A DNA stretch of 64,000 bases from a virus, in the IMG/VR virus record IMGVR_UViG_3300037264_000690, positions 1 to 64,000 of that record. The stretch is one strand, 5' to 3'. The notes under the pieces are model-generated. The model worked only from the letters and a program-made list of their open reading frames with translations. It had not been told where the DNA came from and did no database searches. The translations under genes were made by a program, and so were the position numbers. Shown piece by piece: positions 17,748 to 26,684 of this stretch. How positions within the stretch are numbered: the stretch's first letter is position 1; each line of letters starts with the position of its first letter.

Positions 17748-18236
17748 ATGATCGGACTCGAACTTCTCCTTGGTCATCTGGTCGGCGACTATGTTGTGCA
17801 GAACGATTGGATGGCCCTCAATAAAACTCATACATGGCCTAAGCAACAGTCTTGGGTATACGCAGCTCGGACTCGCTCGCGCGATTCGTATGGTCAGCCT
17901 TGGAGTCTTAACGTCATCCTTGACGTCGAGGTTTATGAAGAGGCTATGCGGAAGTTCTGGCTGGGTAACCTAGCTTGCACGATTCACTGCTTGTTCTACA
18001 CCATTGCGGTGGCTGCATTCACCTTCGGGTGGATGCCATGGTGGGGTTACCTAGCTTGTTTCTTTATTCATTGGCCTACCGACCGTTTTCGTCTGGCACT
18101 GGAGTGGATGGTGCAGGTCAGCGGTCAGGAGAAATTCGCCACCGGACCATTGGCACCGTGGTCTGTAATCATCGTTGATAACATCTGGCACTTGCTAACT
18201 CTCTATGTCATCGCTCGACTTGCGGGGGTAGCGTGA
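17748..18236 (+). CDS. DUF3307-like membrane protein
   Basis: GHLVGDY..Q..WMA..K, HW.TDR, DNIWH. Confidence 0.7.
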   Translation: MIGLELLLGHLVGDYVVQNDWMALNKTHTWPKQQSWVYAARTRSRDSYGQPWSLNVILDVEVYEEAMRKFWLGNLACTIHCLFYTIAVAAFTFGWMPWWGYLACFFIHWPTDRFRLALEWMVQVSGQEKFATGPLAPWSVIIVDNIWHLLTLYVIARLAGVA

Positions 18237-18247
18237 AAGGAGGCACC

Positions 18248-18760
18248 ATGTCTGAACGTAAGCTAGTCCAGAAGGTACTTATCGAACACCTGCGCAATCC
18301 TGATGTCAATATGCAGAAGCGAGCTATTGATGTCATCACCGAATGCTTACACATGAAAGCATGCGACGAACACTATAAGCTGCCGGTGAAGAACTGTCCG
18401 ATTGCACCTAACGAACTGGTGCTGTGCATGATTGACGGTATCCCACTGTACGAGAGTGACCTTCGACACGATGCTGACACCAGGGAAATGGTCTGTCGTA
18501 GGCTCACTTTGCATGCAGAGAAACGCTCCCCGGAGCCGTGCATCAATGACGTCATCATGGTCACCAGTATGGTGAATGTGGAAGACATCTTGCGGCGTTT
18601 GACGTGTGTTGGTGAGTGGGAATACGCGCAAGGCAATATCACCCCACGTGCTGACTCGACTGTCACCTACAAGCTCAATAATCAGTCTGCCAGTCGTGAC
18701 TTCTATGCAGACGTCACATTGAGTGACGACCGGCGACATATCACTGTGGAGTTTCGCTAA
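18248..18760 (+). CDS. Hypothetical protein
   Basis: AGGAGG RBS. Confidence 0.6.
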   Translation: MSERKLVQKVLIEHLRNPDVNMQKRAIDVITECLHMKACDEHYKLPVKNCPIAPNELVLCMIDGIPLYESDLRHDADTREMVCRRLTLHAEKRSPEPCINDVIMVTSMVNVEDILRRLTCVGEWEYAQGNITPRADSTVTYKLNNQSASRDFYADVTLSDDRRHITVEFR

Positions 18761-18788
18761 TCGCCCGACTTTTTTCTAGGAGTACATC

Positions 18789-19475
18789 ATGAAGCCAGAG
18801 ATAATTGTTGCTGCTGATGGCATGGAGTTCGCTGAGGTCGATAAGTTGATCAACCAACTTGGCGATCGGATCTGGGGTCTGAAGTTCAATGACTTGCTGC
18901 TGGAGTTTGGCAGCGCGATCGTTGACAAGTTGTGTCGCCGCACCAACGTGATGGTTGACCCTAAACTGTTTGACATCCCCAACACCATGACCAACGGCAT
19001 TTCGTTGTTGGCCTTATCTGGCGCTAGCATAGCTACCGTTCACCTGAGTGCTGGCGTCACGGCGCTCAAGGCTTGTGTACGTGCTGCTGCAAGCACCAAG
19101 CTCCAGGTCTTTGGCGTTACCGTGCTGACTAGCATGTCGGACGAGGAAGTGATGGAAGTTTACAACGCCCATCGGCCATTTGTTGTGCAGCAGTTCATGC
19201 TCATGGCTAGAAGAGTTGGTCTCAGCGGTATTGTCTGTGCTGCTGACAGTGTCGAACTAGCCAAGAAGCTCGGTCTCAAGACCATCGTCCCCGGCATCCG
19301 ACTTGATGATATCCTCGTGAAGGACGATGACCAGGTTCACAAGGCTATCGGCATTCCGGATGCTGACTACATCGTGGTTGGCCGTCCGATCACCAAGGCG
19401 CCAGATCCGGTTGCCACAGTTAACCGGCTCGTGTCGCGCATCCACGCAAAGGAGTCTGCCTCATGCGCAGCTTGA
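18789..19475 (+). CDS. pyrF: Orotidine-5'-phosphate decarboxylase
   Basis: DPKLFDIPNT, VTVLTS, VPGIR, IVVGRPI. Confidence 0.9.
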   Translation: MKPEIIVAADGMEFAEVDKLINQLGDRIWGLKFNDLLLEFGSAIVDKLCRRTNVMVDPKLFDIPNTMTNGISLLALSGASIATVHLSAGVTALKACVRAAASTKLQVFGVTVLTSMSDEEVMEVYNAHRPFVVQQFMLMARRVGLSGIVCAADSVELAKKLGLKTIVPGIRLDDILVKDDDQVHKAIGIPDADYIVVGRPITKAPDPVATVNRLVSRIHAKESASCAA

Positions 19476-19678
19476 TCTTGTTGTTGATGTTGGTCTTCCC
19501 GTGGTTGTTGGTCTTCGGCCTGTCTGGTGCAGCCGTCTACATCGGGGCCGTCGTTGGCAACAAAGAGCTGACGGTCATGTGTGGCCTTGGCGCTGGGTTG
19601 GCAGCGGTCTTCCTGGCCTTTCCAGCAACGATGATGGTCCTGGCTGCTCTGTTTCCTGAGAGCAAGGACAAGAAATGA
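19463..19678 (+). CDS. Small two-TM membrane protein
   Basis: Two hydrophobic segments; AAGGAG RBS. Confidence 0.6.
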   Translation: MRSLILLLMLVFPWLLVFGLSGAAVYIGAVVGNKELTVMCGLGAGLAAVFLAFPATMMVLAALFPESKDKK

Positions 19679-20097
19679 GGAAAATTGCAGCAAAGGATCG
19701 TGAAGCATGGAAGCTGCGGCGTAGACAGCAGACCAGAGCGTGGGCAGCTGTGCAGGTTGAGCACACGAAAGTGTACCAACGTCTCTACCGACAGAGGAAC
19801 AAAGCCAAGTTGGCAGCACAAAAGCATGACAGACGTAAACGGGTCCGTGTTGAAGGTTTGGCTGCTTATGGTGGAAAATGCACATGCTGCGGTGAAGATC
19901 AAGTCGAGTTCCTGACTTTCGATCACGTCAACGGTCGAAACAAACGTGAAAAGCGAGTGACAGGTTACAAGGCTTGGTATGTCGCCAAACGACTTGGCTA
20001 TCCACCTGAGTTCACGGTCCTTTGCTTCAATTGCAACTGTGCAAAAGGCATTTACGGTAAATGCCCACATCAGCGAAAGAAGAATGAACATGCGTAG
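19675..20097 (+). CDS. HNH-family (His-Cys) homing endonuclease-like protein
   Basis: YGGKCTCCGE...LTFDHVNG...VLCFNCN..KG; paralog of 49562-50020. Confidence 0.8.
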   Translation: MRKIAAKDREAWKLRRRQQTRAWAAVQVEHTKVYQRLYRQRNKAKLAAQKHDRRKRVRVEGLAAYGGKCTCCGEDQVEFLTFDHVNGRNKREKRVTGYKAWYVAKRLGYPPEFTVLCFNCNCAKGIYGKCPHQRKKNEHA

Positions 20098-20617
20098 ACG
20101 AATTTCCTTTTTTGGTGGCCCAGGTTCAGGTAAGTCCACCATGGCTGCCCGAGTCTTCACCCGGCTGAAGGAGCTGCACCTGCCCTTCGAGTTGGTCGAT
20201 GAGGCCATCAAGAGCATGGCCTGGCGGAAGATCCCGCCGGAAGGCTTTGACAGCCTTTGGCTGTTCGGCAAGCAGATCCATCGGGAAGATGTCGTGCTGC
20301 GCTCGGGCGGGTCCGTCGTTACTGGCGGCCCGCCCCTTCAGCAGATCGTCTACATGCGGCTGCGGAAGGAAGAGTTCAGCCACGACCTCATGCACGTCGC
20401 CCAGATGTTCGAGAAGCAGTACCCCGCAGTCAACATCCTCCTCAGCCGGAACGTCCCCTACAGTACGGAGGGACGCTATCAGAGCAACGAGGCTGAGGCC
20501 AAAGAGATTGACTTGCTGACTCGTAAAGTGCTGGATTACTCCGATGTCGAATACCATGTGTTCCAGCCACAGCAGATCAAGGAGATCATGAACTTAATTG
20601 GAGTACCTCATGAGTGA
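20090..20617 (+). CDS. NadR/AAA_28-like P-loop nucleotide kinase
   Basis: GGPGSGKST, GRYQ..EA..ID. Confidence 0.75.
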   Translation: MRRRISFFGGPGSGKSTMAARVFTRLKELHLPFELVDEAIKSMAWRKIPPEGFDSLWLFGKQIHREDVVLRSGGSVVTGGPPLQQIVYMRLRKEEFSHDLMHVAQMFEKQYPAVNILLSRNVPYSTEGRYQSNEAEAKEIDLLTRKVLDYSDVEYHVFQPQQIKEIMNLIGVPHE

Positions 20618-21200
20618 GTATCTGGATTATGTTGCCCTCTGGTGGGACACCTTCTACAATGATTGGCTTAGCTTCGTACCAGACAACTGCAAGCCAGCCG
20701 TGTTGGTCCTGGCTGTTGTGATACTACTCCTGCCCGATGTTGTCATTTATTACAAGAGACGTCTGGCGAGGGTGTTCAAGATTAACGTCCAACTGAACCA
20801 CAAGATTGATGAGCTTCAGCGGGACGTCTACAAGGCCAACGACCGGGCAGCTAACAAGCCTGACCCGAGCGTTGCTGAGATGCGGCAGATGTTCACCTGC
20901 TTGCTGCAGTCGATGGAGAAGTCCAATGCGTCTGCAGTCAACTCGGTGGCAAACCAGGCCAAGTCATCCAACGACGTTGTTCAGTCACTCTGCAAGGATC
21001 TGTCGAGCAAGATCGATAGCACCTTGTCGAAGGCCATGGAGCGGGTTGAGAAGTCTCAGGAGTCCAGCAATCGTATCTTGACTGAGACTATCAAGCAGAT
21101 GGTCGACCTAAGCAAATCGCAACATGCGGCGGCCATGAAGACCATCAGCGAGGCTATTGCCACAGATGATGATGATGATGACGATGATGATGAGGATTGA
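20610..21200 (+). CDS. Membrane-anchored coiled-coil protein with poly-Asp tail
   Basis: TM segment, heptads, D10ED C-terminus. Confidence 0.6.
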   Translation: MSEYLDYVALWWDTFYNDWLSFVPDNCKPAVLVLAVVILLLPDVVIYYKRRLARVFKINVQLNHKIDELQRDVYKANDRAANKPDPSVAEMRQMFTCLLQSMEKSNASAVNSVANQAKSSNDVVQSLCKDLSSKIDSTLSKAMERVEKSQESSNRILTETIKQMVDLSKSQHAAAMKTISEAIATDDDDDDDDDED

Positions 21201-21203
21201 GCC

Positions 21204-21737
21204 ATGATGACCATCTTCCGGTTGCTAGACGGCACCTACGAATCCCAGGTCCGTATCCAGGACGGAACCGAAAGCTGCGGCATCCATAAGACCGAGGAAG
21301 AAGCTATCGAGGCATGCTTTCAGGGCATGGAGGTCCTGAATCATACCAAGCGGAATAAGCTCAAGCGCTCAAGTATCAACTTCAGTATCGTGGTCGATCC
21401 GAAGCAGAAGCGGACGATCTTTCGGTTGTGGAACTGGAAGAGTAAGCGATACATCGACCAGAGCGATTTCTCCAGCTTGTCGCTCGAAGAGTTCCACAAG
21501 TTGAAGTACGGCAGTTGGGTCGACTTCGATGATGTGAAAGCGTTCGTTGCCAAGCACTACAACCCGGACACAGGCAAGTTGTGTCACTCAATCGACGCTG
21601 GTTGCATTGACATCGTGCGAGAGGAGACGAGAGTCGAAGACTGTCTTACGCTCACGGCTTTCGTCATCAAGTACCTCAATAATGAGGTCAAGACGAAGAA
21701 GGAGATTGAGGCTGAGCTAGCTGAGGTGCAACAGTGA
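21204..21737 (+). CDS. Hypothetical protein
   Basis: ORF in operon. Confidence 0.55.
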   Translation: MMTIFRLLDGTYESQVRIQDGTESCGIHKTEEEAIEACFQGMEVLNHTKRNKLKRSSINFSIVVDPKQKRTIFRLWNWKSKRYIDQSDFSSLSLEEFHKLKYGSWVDFDDVKAFVAKHYNPDTGKLCHSIDAGCIDIVREETRVEDCLTLTAFVIKYLNNEVKTKKEIEAELAEVQQ

Positions 21738-21841
21738 GAGAGGGACCTCAAGGATAAGCTGGAGCAACGAAATAATCTACCTAGCACTATTAACTGCTGG
21801 GATGACATCCGCAAGGCCAATCGACGGAGGACCATCCGACC

Positions 21842-22258
21842 GTGAAAGCAAAATGTCCATACTGTAAAAATGGGTGTGAGAAGTGCGACGGTGGTTATAA
21901 CAAAGCAAGTATGGCCACCGGCAAGATCTATACACGTCACTGCAATGACTGTGGTGAAGACAATGGTGGTCGTATCGCTGCTGCGTTTGTATTACCGCCA
22001 CATCAGTGGAATCCACCAGACCCGTGTGTCTGGTGTCATAGTCCTAACGTTGAATGGCTTTTGGTTGGTGAGGTTATTAAACGCGTCTTACCACGGTGTC
22101 ATATCTGTGCTCGTGAATCTAACGACGCAGTAGTTACGACCTTGATTTGTGCTGATTGTGGAGAGCCGGCGTGCTTGTCGCACTCCGATGACCACAAGTT
22201 TTGTGAGGACCCAAAGAATGAATCTGTTCAGCGAGCAGTTTCTGAAGACCCCACTTGA
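21842..22258 (+). CDS. Cys-rich multi-Zn-finger protein
   Basis: At least six CxxC pairs; GGAGG RBS. Confidence 0.55.
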   Translation: MKAKCPYCKNGCEKCDGGYNKASMATGKIYTRHCNDCGEDNGGRIAAAFVLPPHQWNPPDPCVWCHSPNVEWLLVGEVIKRVLPRCHICARESNDAVVTTLICADCGEPACLSHSDDHKFCEDPKNESVQRAVSEDPT

Positions 22259-22622
22259 ACAACGACCAGTGTTGGTGGATGAGTATCGCCAACAGGTGGT
22301 CATTGGTACGCCGGAGTCTTATGTGGCCGTCCCCGTCATAGTGCCCAAGATGAGTGGTGTGGTTCAAGGCGCCGTGGCTGACTACGAACTGTTCTGGCTC
22401 GTCGGTTTGCCCGGTCCGATCGACCATCCAAAGTACCCCGATAAGAAGGCACGGGAAGCCATCAACTTCCAGTGCTCTCGTGAAGAGACGGCCATGGATA
22501 TGGTCTACATGCTCAATCAGGCTCGACTCCAGCGCGGAATGCTGGATAATGCAGATGCGATGATCACCAAACAGGACGTTGACCTCGAACCAAATATCGA
22601 GGACGCCCTGACTGCCAGATAA
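22218..22622 (+). CDS. Hypothetical protein
   Basis: GAGG RBS. Confidence 0.55.
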   Translation: MNLFSEQFLKTPLEQRPVLVDEYRQQVVIGTPESYVAVPVIVPKMSGVVQGAVADYELFWLVGLPGPIDHPKYPDKKAREAINFQCSREETAMDMVYMLNQARLQRGMLDNADAMITKQDVDLEPNIEDALTAR

Positions 22623-22636
22623 ATCGGAGGTATATC

Positions 22637-22843
22637 ATGGGCATGGAAAAGCGCGGTTCGACCAGTCAACATGACGTTCGTGAGCTGGTTAAACTGGCTA
22701 ATGCTGAGGAGAAGATCTTTGTCATTAGCTTGGATGGGTTCATCAAGGCTGCTAACGGCAAGCTGAAGCCAGCTGTAGTCGTCGTGGCGACTGGCGACCG
22801 CGCTACCATGCTCCGTGAGTTCGTGGAGAAAGTTTCTGACTGA
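22637..22843 (+). CDS. Small hypothetical protein
   Basis: GGAGG RBS. Confidence 0.6.
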   Translation: MGMEKRGSTSQHDVRELVKLANAEEKIFVISLDGFIKAANGKLKPAVVVVATGDRATMLREFVEKVSD

Positions 22844-22853
22844 GGATACACTC

Positions 22854-23474
22854 ATGCCAACTAGTGATAAGGAAGCTGACAAGATCATTGAGCTGTGTAG
22901 CAGGTATGGCGTCGGGCCACAGACGCTGCTCCACCTATCCAGGGATCTGCATGAGCAGGTTGGGCAGGTCAGTGACAACTGGTCCGTTCGCGAGACGATG
23001 CGAATGCTCTATGATCGGGCCATTGATGTTGCAATCAAATTGTGTCCAGCTGACACGAACGTCGATGACTTCATGGTCACAATGAATGTCAAACGACCCG
23101 GTGGGCCATACACAGAGCCTAATGGTGATCGGCTGACTGACGGTATCACCTTCGATTACATTAGGGCTATGCATCTGACGCTCTACTGGTTAATCGTCAT
23201 TGGTCATGTTGCCGTGTGGGGTGGCCTGCTGTTGTCCTGCTTCATGTGCTTACTGTACCAGCCGCTGTATATCGCAATGCCGGTCATCAGCTTCTGCGTT
23301 TATCTGCTCACGACCAATCACATCTGCCCGGTCACGTGCTGGGAGAATTGCATTCGCAGGAAGTTGGGTTGGCCACAAGTCACTCACTTCACCCATTGGT
23401 ACATCGTTTGTCCGCTCTTCCATGGGCGGACGTGTGACAAGAAGTGCTCCGCGATTCGTGTGGGGCCAGGTTGA
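22854..23474 (+). CDS. Membrane protein with DUF2784-like C-terminus
   Basis: Two TM segments then CPVT.WEN..R..LG. Confidence 0.55.
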   Translation: MPTSDKEADKIIELCSRYGVGPQTLLHLSRDLHEQVGQVSDNWSVRETMRMLYDRAIDVAIKLCPADTNVDDFMVTMNVKRPGGPYTEPNGDRLTDGITFDYIRAMHLTLYWLIVIGHVAVWGGLLLSCFMCLLYQPLYIAMPVISFCVYLLTTNHICPVTCWENCIRRKLGWPQVTHFTHWYIVCPLFHGRTCDKKCSAIRVGPG

Positions 23475-23494
23475 AGGGAATCATTGGAGTTGTA

Positions 23495-23800
23495 ATGGAT
23501 ATGACCACGCAATACTGTGCACGTTGCAAGGAGCGTGAGGGCCATCACAAGGTGCTCATGACTGTTGCAGGTACGCTCACCCCTTTTTGCAAGGTCTGGT
23601 ACTGTGACCCCTGCTACCAGTACCTCAAGCAACAAACCAATAATAGCGACATCCGTCACGGTTTGAGACGCAATACCAATATCGTGTCGGATGTTCCGCC
23701 AAAGCCGCTGGAGGTTCCAGCAACCCTGCCGACGCTCAAATTCGTTGGCGACAAACCACTGCCTGACATTCTCTCGATGCTCTCTGATGGCAGTAGCTGA
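23495..23800 (+). CDS. Zn-finger-like hypothetical protein
   Basis: CARC...CDPC. Confidence 0.5.
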   Translation: MDMTTQYCARCKEREGHHKVLMTVAGTLTPFCKVWYCDPCYQYLKQQTNNSDIRHGLRRNTNIVSDVPPKPLEVPATLPTLKFVGDKPLPDILSMLSDGSS

Positions 23801-23815
23801 GAGCTATCAACGACG

Positions 23816-23829
23816 AGTAGTTTTTTACT
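23816..23829. promoter_or_regulatory. AGTA-N6-TACT box
   Basis: AGTA-GTTTTT-TACT directly before GGAG. Confidence 0.6.
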
Positions 23830-23839
23830 GGAGAATACT

Positions 23840-24595
23840 ATGACATGGACATGCTCTGAGTGTCGGCAGGACTTCACCCCTGACGACAAGAAGTACAAGT
23901 TCAACTTGTGCCATATCTGCTACTTCAACCCGGCCATCGCCAAGCTCTACCGCACCGGCGAGAAGACGCCGCTGCCTGACGAGGCACTGGCTCTGGTTGA
24001 ACCTATCGGTCCGCAGGCTCTGACTAACTCAGTCGGACCTACTGGCCCTGTCGGTGACGACGTCGGCCTGATGTTGGTCATCCAGCGGGAGATGGAGTAT
24101 GACATCGGTTGCTTGATGGAGAAGGTGCCACCCGGTCGGAAGCCGGACATCACCAAGATCGCCTACGACCTTGGCCACCTCAAGCTGCTGATGTTCAAGT
24201 TGTTCGTCCAAATGGGCGTCGAGATCACACCAGAGATGAAGAAGGAATTCATGGCGCCTCCAGCCCTACGGCCTCCCAACATGAACCTCTTCAAGGTTCA
24301 GGAGGTCGTACCGGAGCTGAAGGAAGCCTTTGAGAGGCTACCTGTGTCGACCTTCATCGACCCAGCTGTCGAGATGTGTGTGAAGACCATGAGCAACATG
24401 TTCAAGGTCAAGGAGACCGGACGGTGGAGCGCGGCCAACCCACCTCAGTGCGCCATGTTTCGCCGCTGGCCACCGCAGTCCATGAACTTCCTGGATCAGC
24501 TCAGTCAACCACCGTGCATTATTAGCCCGTTTAGTCAGGCACAAAGTGTATCGTTACAAGCCATATCGCAGGAGCCGGACTGTGAGGGTGAGTGA
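23840..24595 (+). CDS. Hypothetical protein with N-terminal Zn finger
   Basis: CSEC...CHIC; GGAG RBS. Confidence 0.6.
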   Translation: MTWTCSECRQDFTPDDKKYKFNLCHICYFNPAIAKLYRTGEKTPLPDEALALVEPIGPQALTNSVGPTGPVGDDVGLMLVIQREMEYDIGCLMEKVPPGRKPDITKIAYDLGHLKLLMFKLFVQMGVEITPEMKKEFMAPPALRPPNMNLFKVQEVVPELKEAFERLPVSTFIDPAVEMCVKTMSNMFKVKETGRWSAANPPQCAMFRRWPPQSMNFLDQLSQPPCIISPFSQAQSVSLQAISQEPDCEGE

Positions 24596-24609
24596 TCTGT
24601 TAGAATGAT

Positions 24610-24915
24610 TGTAGCCCGGTGATTTTCGTAATTTTCATCTGGAGGACAGCTGCTCAAGACCGAGTGCGGGGATTGGTGAAGGGACTAACCTTGCACGGTG
24701 GCCAAAGCACTGGCTGGTTAGAGGGTTCGGGCTAGGATCACGGACGATCCGGCTCAAACCTCGGAAGCCACGTTGAGTCGTTAGATGCGCGTGGCGTGGA
24801 GGTAGGCGGGTGTGCTCGTGGTAGACCGCCTTGTGGGCTTTGGGGGCGTACCCTCATTGCTTCGGACTCGTCGTAGGGGATGACGAGACCGTGCGAGGTG
24901 GTTCTTTCAGCCACG
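24610..24915 (+). ncRNA. Candidate structured ncRNA or long leader (six or more hairpins)
   Basis: Follows TGTTAGAAT (24598-24606); stems GTGCGGGG/CCTTGCAC, GGATC/GATCC, GCCACG/CGTGGC, AGGCGG/CCGCCT, CTCGTCGT/ATGACGAG. Confidence 0.5.
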
Positions 24916-24926
24916 GAGGGCGATCA

Positions 24927-25376
24927 ATGACTGCACTTGGTCTCCTTTTCGCACAAGAGTTCTATCCACCGATCACGCTGAGTGATATCGGCATGGTCGT
25001 TATGGCGCTCGCGCTCATTCTGCTCGTTGTCGAGCGAGTTAAGTCACTGTTCTGGCCATTCACGTCGCGCAATGAGGAATACGTCAGGCGAGTTGAGCTG
25101 GACGAGCTGAAGACCAAGCTTGAGAACTTCGTCACTCGACTTGAACTCCAACGCCTCGAACAACAGCTTATTAACCTTGGTCAAGACCATAAAGAGCTTG
25201 CCAAGGCAACCAACGCTAAGTACGACGACATGTGTAAGTCACTGACGGATTTGCGAGTGACCATTGAACAAGTTCGCCGAGAAATTCACGTTGAAACCAA
25301 TGCGGCGGCTGATCGGATCATCACTCGGCTCATCGCTCAAATGCCTATGCATCCGCATCGTGACGAGGAGGGGTAA
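24927..25376 (+). CDS. Membrane-anchored coiled-coil protein
   Basis: GGAGG RBS, one TM segment, heptads. Confidence 0.65.
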   Translation: MTALGLLFAQEFYPPITLSDIGMVVMALALILLVVERVKSLFWPFTSRNEEYVRRVELDELKTKLENFVTRLELQRLEQQLINLGQDHKELAKATNAKYDDMCKSLTDLRVTIEQVRREIHVETNAAADRIITRLIAQMPMHPHRDEEG

Positions 25377-25396
25377 TGTCAACTTGAAAGGTTTGT

Positions 25397-26683
25397 GTGT
25401 CAGATGAGGAAACACAATGGAGCCATGTCATGTACCTCAGCGTTCTAACCGTGACCCCAGCGAAAGCACTCGAAGTGAAGAAAGCCTTCGACGAGCTGTA
25501 CTTCGCCGCCAACGCGTACGTCTACATGGACAAGGCAGCGGGGACTCCCGCGCTATCTTATTCGCTTACCGGCCGCCTGGTGGGTACCAAGTCGGGTTGG
25601 GTAGTCCTCGAAGTGCCTATGGCGCTCGTACGCGGTGCGTTTGATGCGCTTAATGAACCTGGAGTAGAACTCCCACCGCCAGCTTCTGGTTACGATGATT
25701 ACAAGTCCCACATTTCAGTCATACGCCCGGAAGAACTAAAGGAGATTGGCGGCATTGATAGGATTTCTGAACGTGGTCACTTCTTTTCCTATGCGTTACG
25801 CAGTCTTAAATCTGTAGAGCCAGCTGGCTGGCCAGAAATGTCCAAAGTATGGTTCATTGAAGTTACTAGCCTGGCACTGAAAAATCTTCGCAAATCGTAT
25901 GGCTTAGAACCGTTGCCTAAGCATCAATTTCACATTACAATTGGGTGTAGGCGAAAAAGTGTTCTGAGGAATAACGATGTTAGCAAAGCGGCGGAAAGTT
26001 TGTTGCCGGTGCAAGAGACTCAGAATAACCAAAATGTTCTCGAAAGACCGATCCAAGAAGGATGGCCTGCAGAAGGTGTGCAATCTATGCCTAAAGAGGT
26101 ATCGGGACGAATATCGAACGAAGATAAGGCGTCAACAGCGTGCTCGTTACGAGTGTGTGGCCAGACAAATTGGTCGGAAGAAACATCACCATTTATCCAA
26201 CACACCAGAGCATCGAATCTGGAGAAAGATGCTTTGGCGCTGCAGCAGTCCAGTGTGTCAGATGTGGGCTCACTACGGCGAACGTGGTATTACCGTTTGT
26301 GCAAGATGGCAGGAGTTCCTGAATTTTTATCAGGACATGGGATTGCGTCCATCGATGCAGCATACGCTAGAACGAATCAACAACAACGGTCACTACGAAC
26401 TCAACAATTGTCGATGGGCAACTCAAAAGGAACAACAGAGAAACAGGCGCAACAATCATCTGCTGACTTTCGACGGCGTGACAGCTCCGATAGCCACATG
26501 GGCCGAGAAAATGAACATCAAACAACCAACACTGTCTCGCCGGATAAGAGTTGGCTGGTCAGTGGAGAAAGCCATAACTACACCAGTAAGATAGCTACAA
26601 TCGACAGAGCTGTCTTAGTCACCGCTATGAGATTGTCTAAGGAAATGAACGAGAAGCGAGCTGTTGAACGGCTGGAGAAGTAA
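25397..26683 (+). CDS. 2H phosphoesterase-domain protein; frame stays open across the nested HNH gene
   Basis: Paired HISV and HITI motifs in the first ~195 aa. Confidence 0.75.
   Translation: MSDEETQWSHVMYLSVLTVTPAKALEVKKAFDELYFAANAYVYMDKAAGTPALSYSLTGRLVGTKSGWVVLEVPMALVRGAFDALNEPGVELPPPASGYDDYKSHISVIRPEELKEIGGIDRISERGHFFSYALRSLKSVEPAGWPEMSKVWFIEVTSLALKNLRKSYGLEPLPKHQFHITIGCRRKSVLRNNDVSKAAESLLPVQETQNNQNVLERPIQEGWPAEGVQSMPKEVSGRISNEDKASTACSLRVCGQTNWSEETSPFIQHTRASNLEKDALALQQSSVSDVGSLRRTWYYRLCKMAGVPEFLSGHGIASIDAAYARTNQQQRSLRTQQLSMGNSKGTTEKQAQQSSADFRRRDSSDSHMGRENEHQTTNTVSPDKSWLVSGESHNYTSKIATIDRAVLVTAMRLSKEMNEKRAVERLEK
25977..26594 (+). mobile_element. HNH homing endonuclease gene nested in the +1 frame of 25397-26683
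   Basis: W..M..RC, YG.RGITVC.RW..F..F..DMG.RP, LERINNNGHY...NCRWAT..Q..N; GAGGA RBS. Confidence 0.9.
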
Positions 26684-26684
26684 G

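Noticed and set aside
14643-17856. Diversity-generating retroelement TR/VR pair
   Set aside because: Mismatches are mostly synonymous and not adenine-specific, the repeat is at a gene start, and no reverse transcriptase is in the window
21166-21197. GAT microsatellite as a phase-variation tract
   Set aside because: It is an interrupted in-frame triplet run encoding a poly-Asp tail, so length changes would not shift the frame
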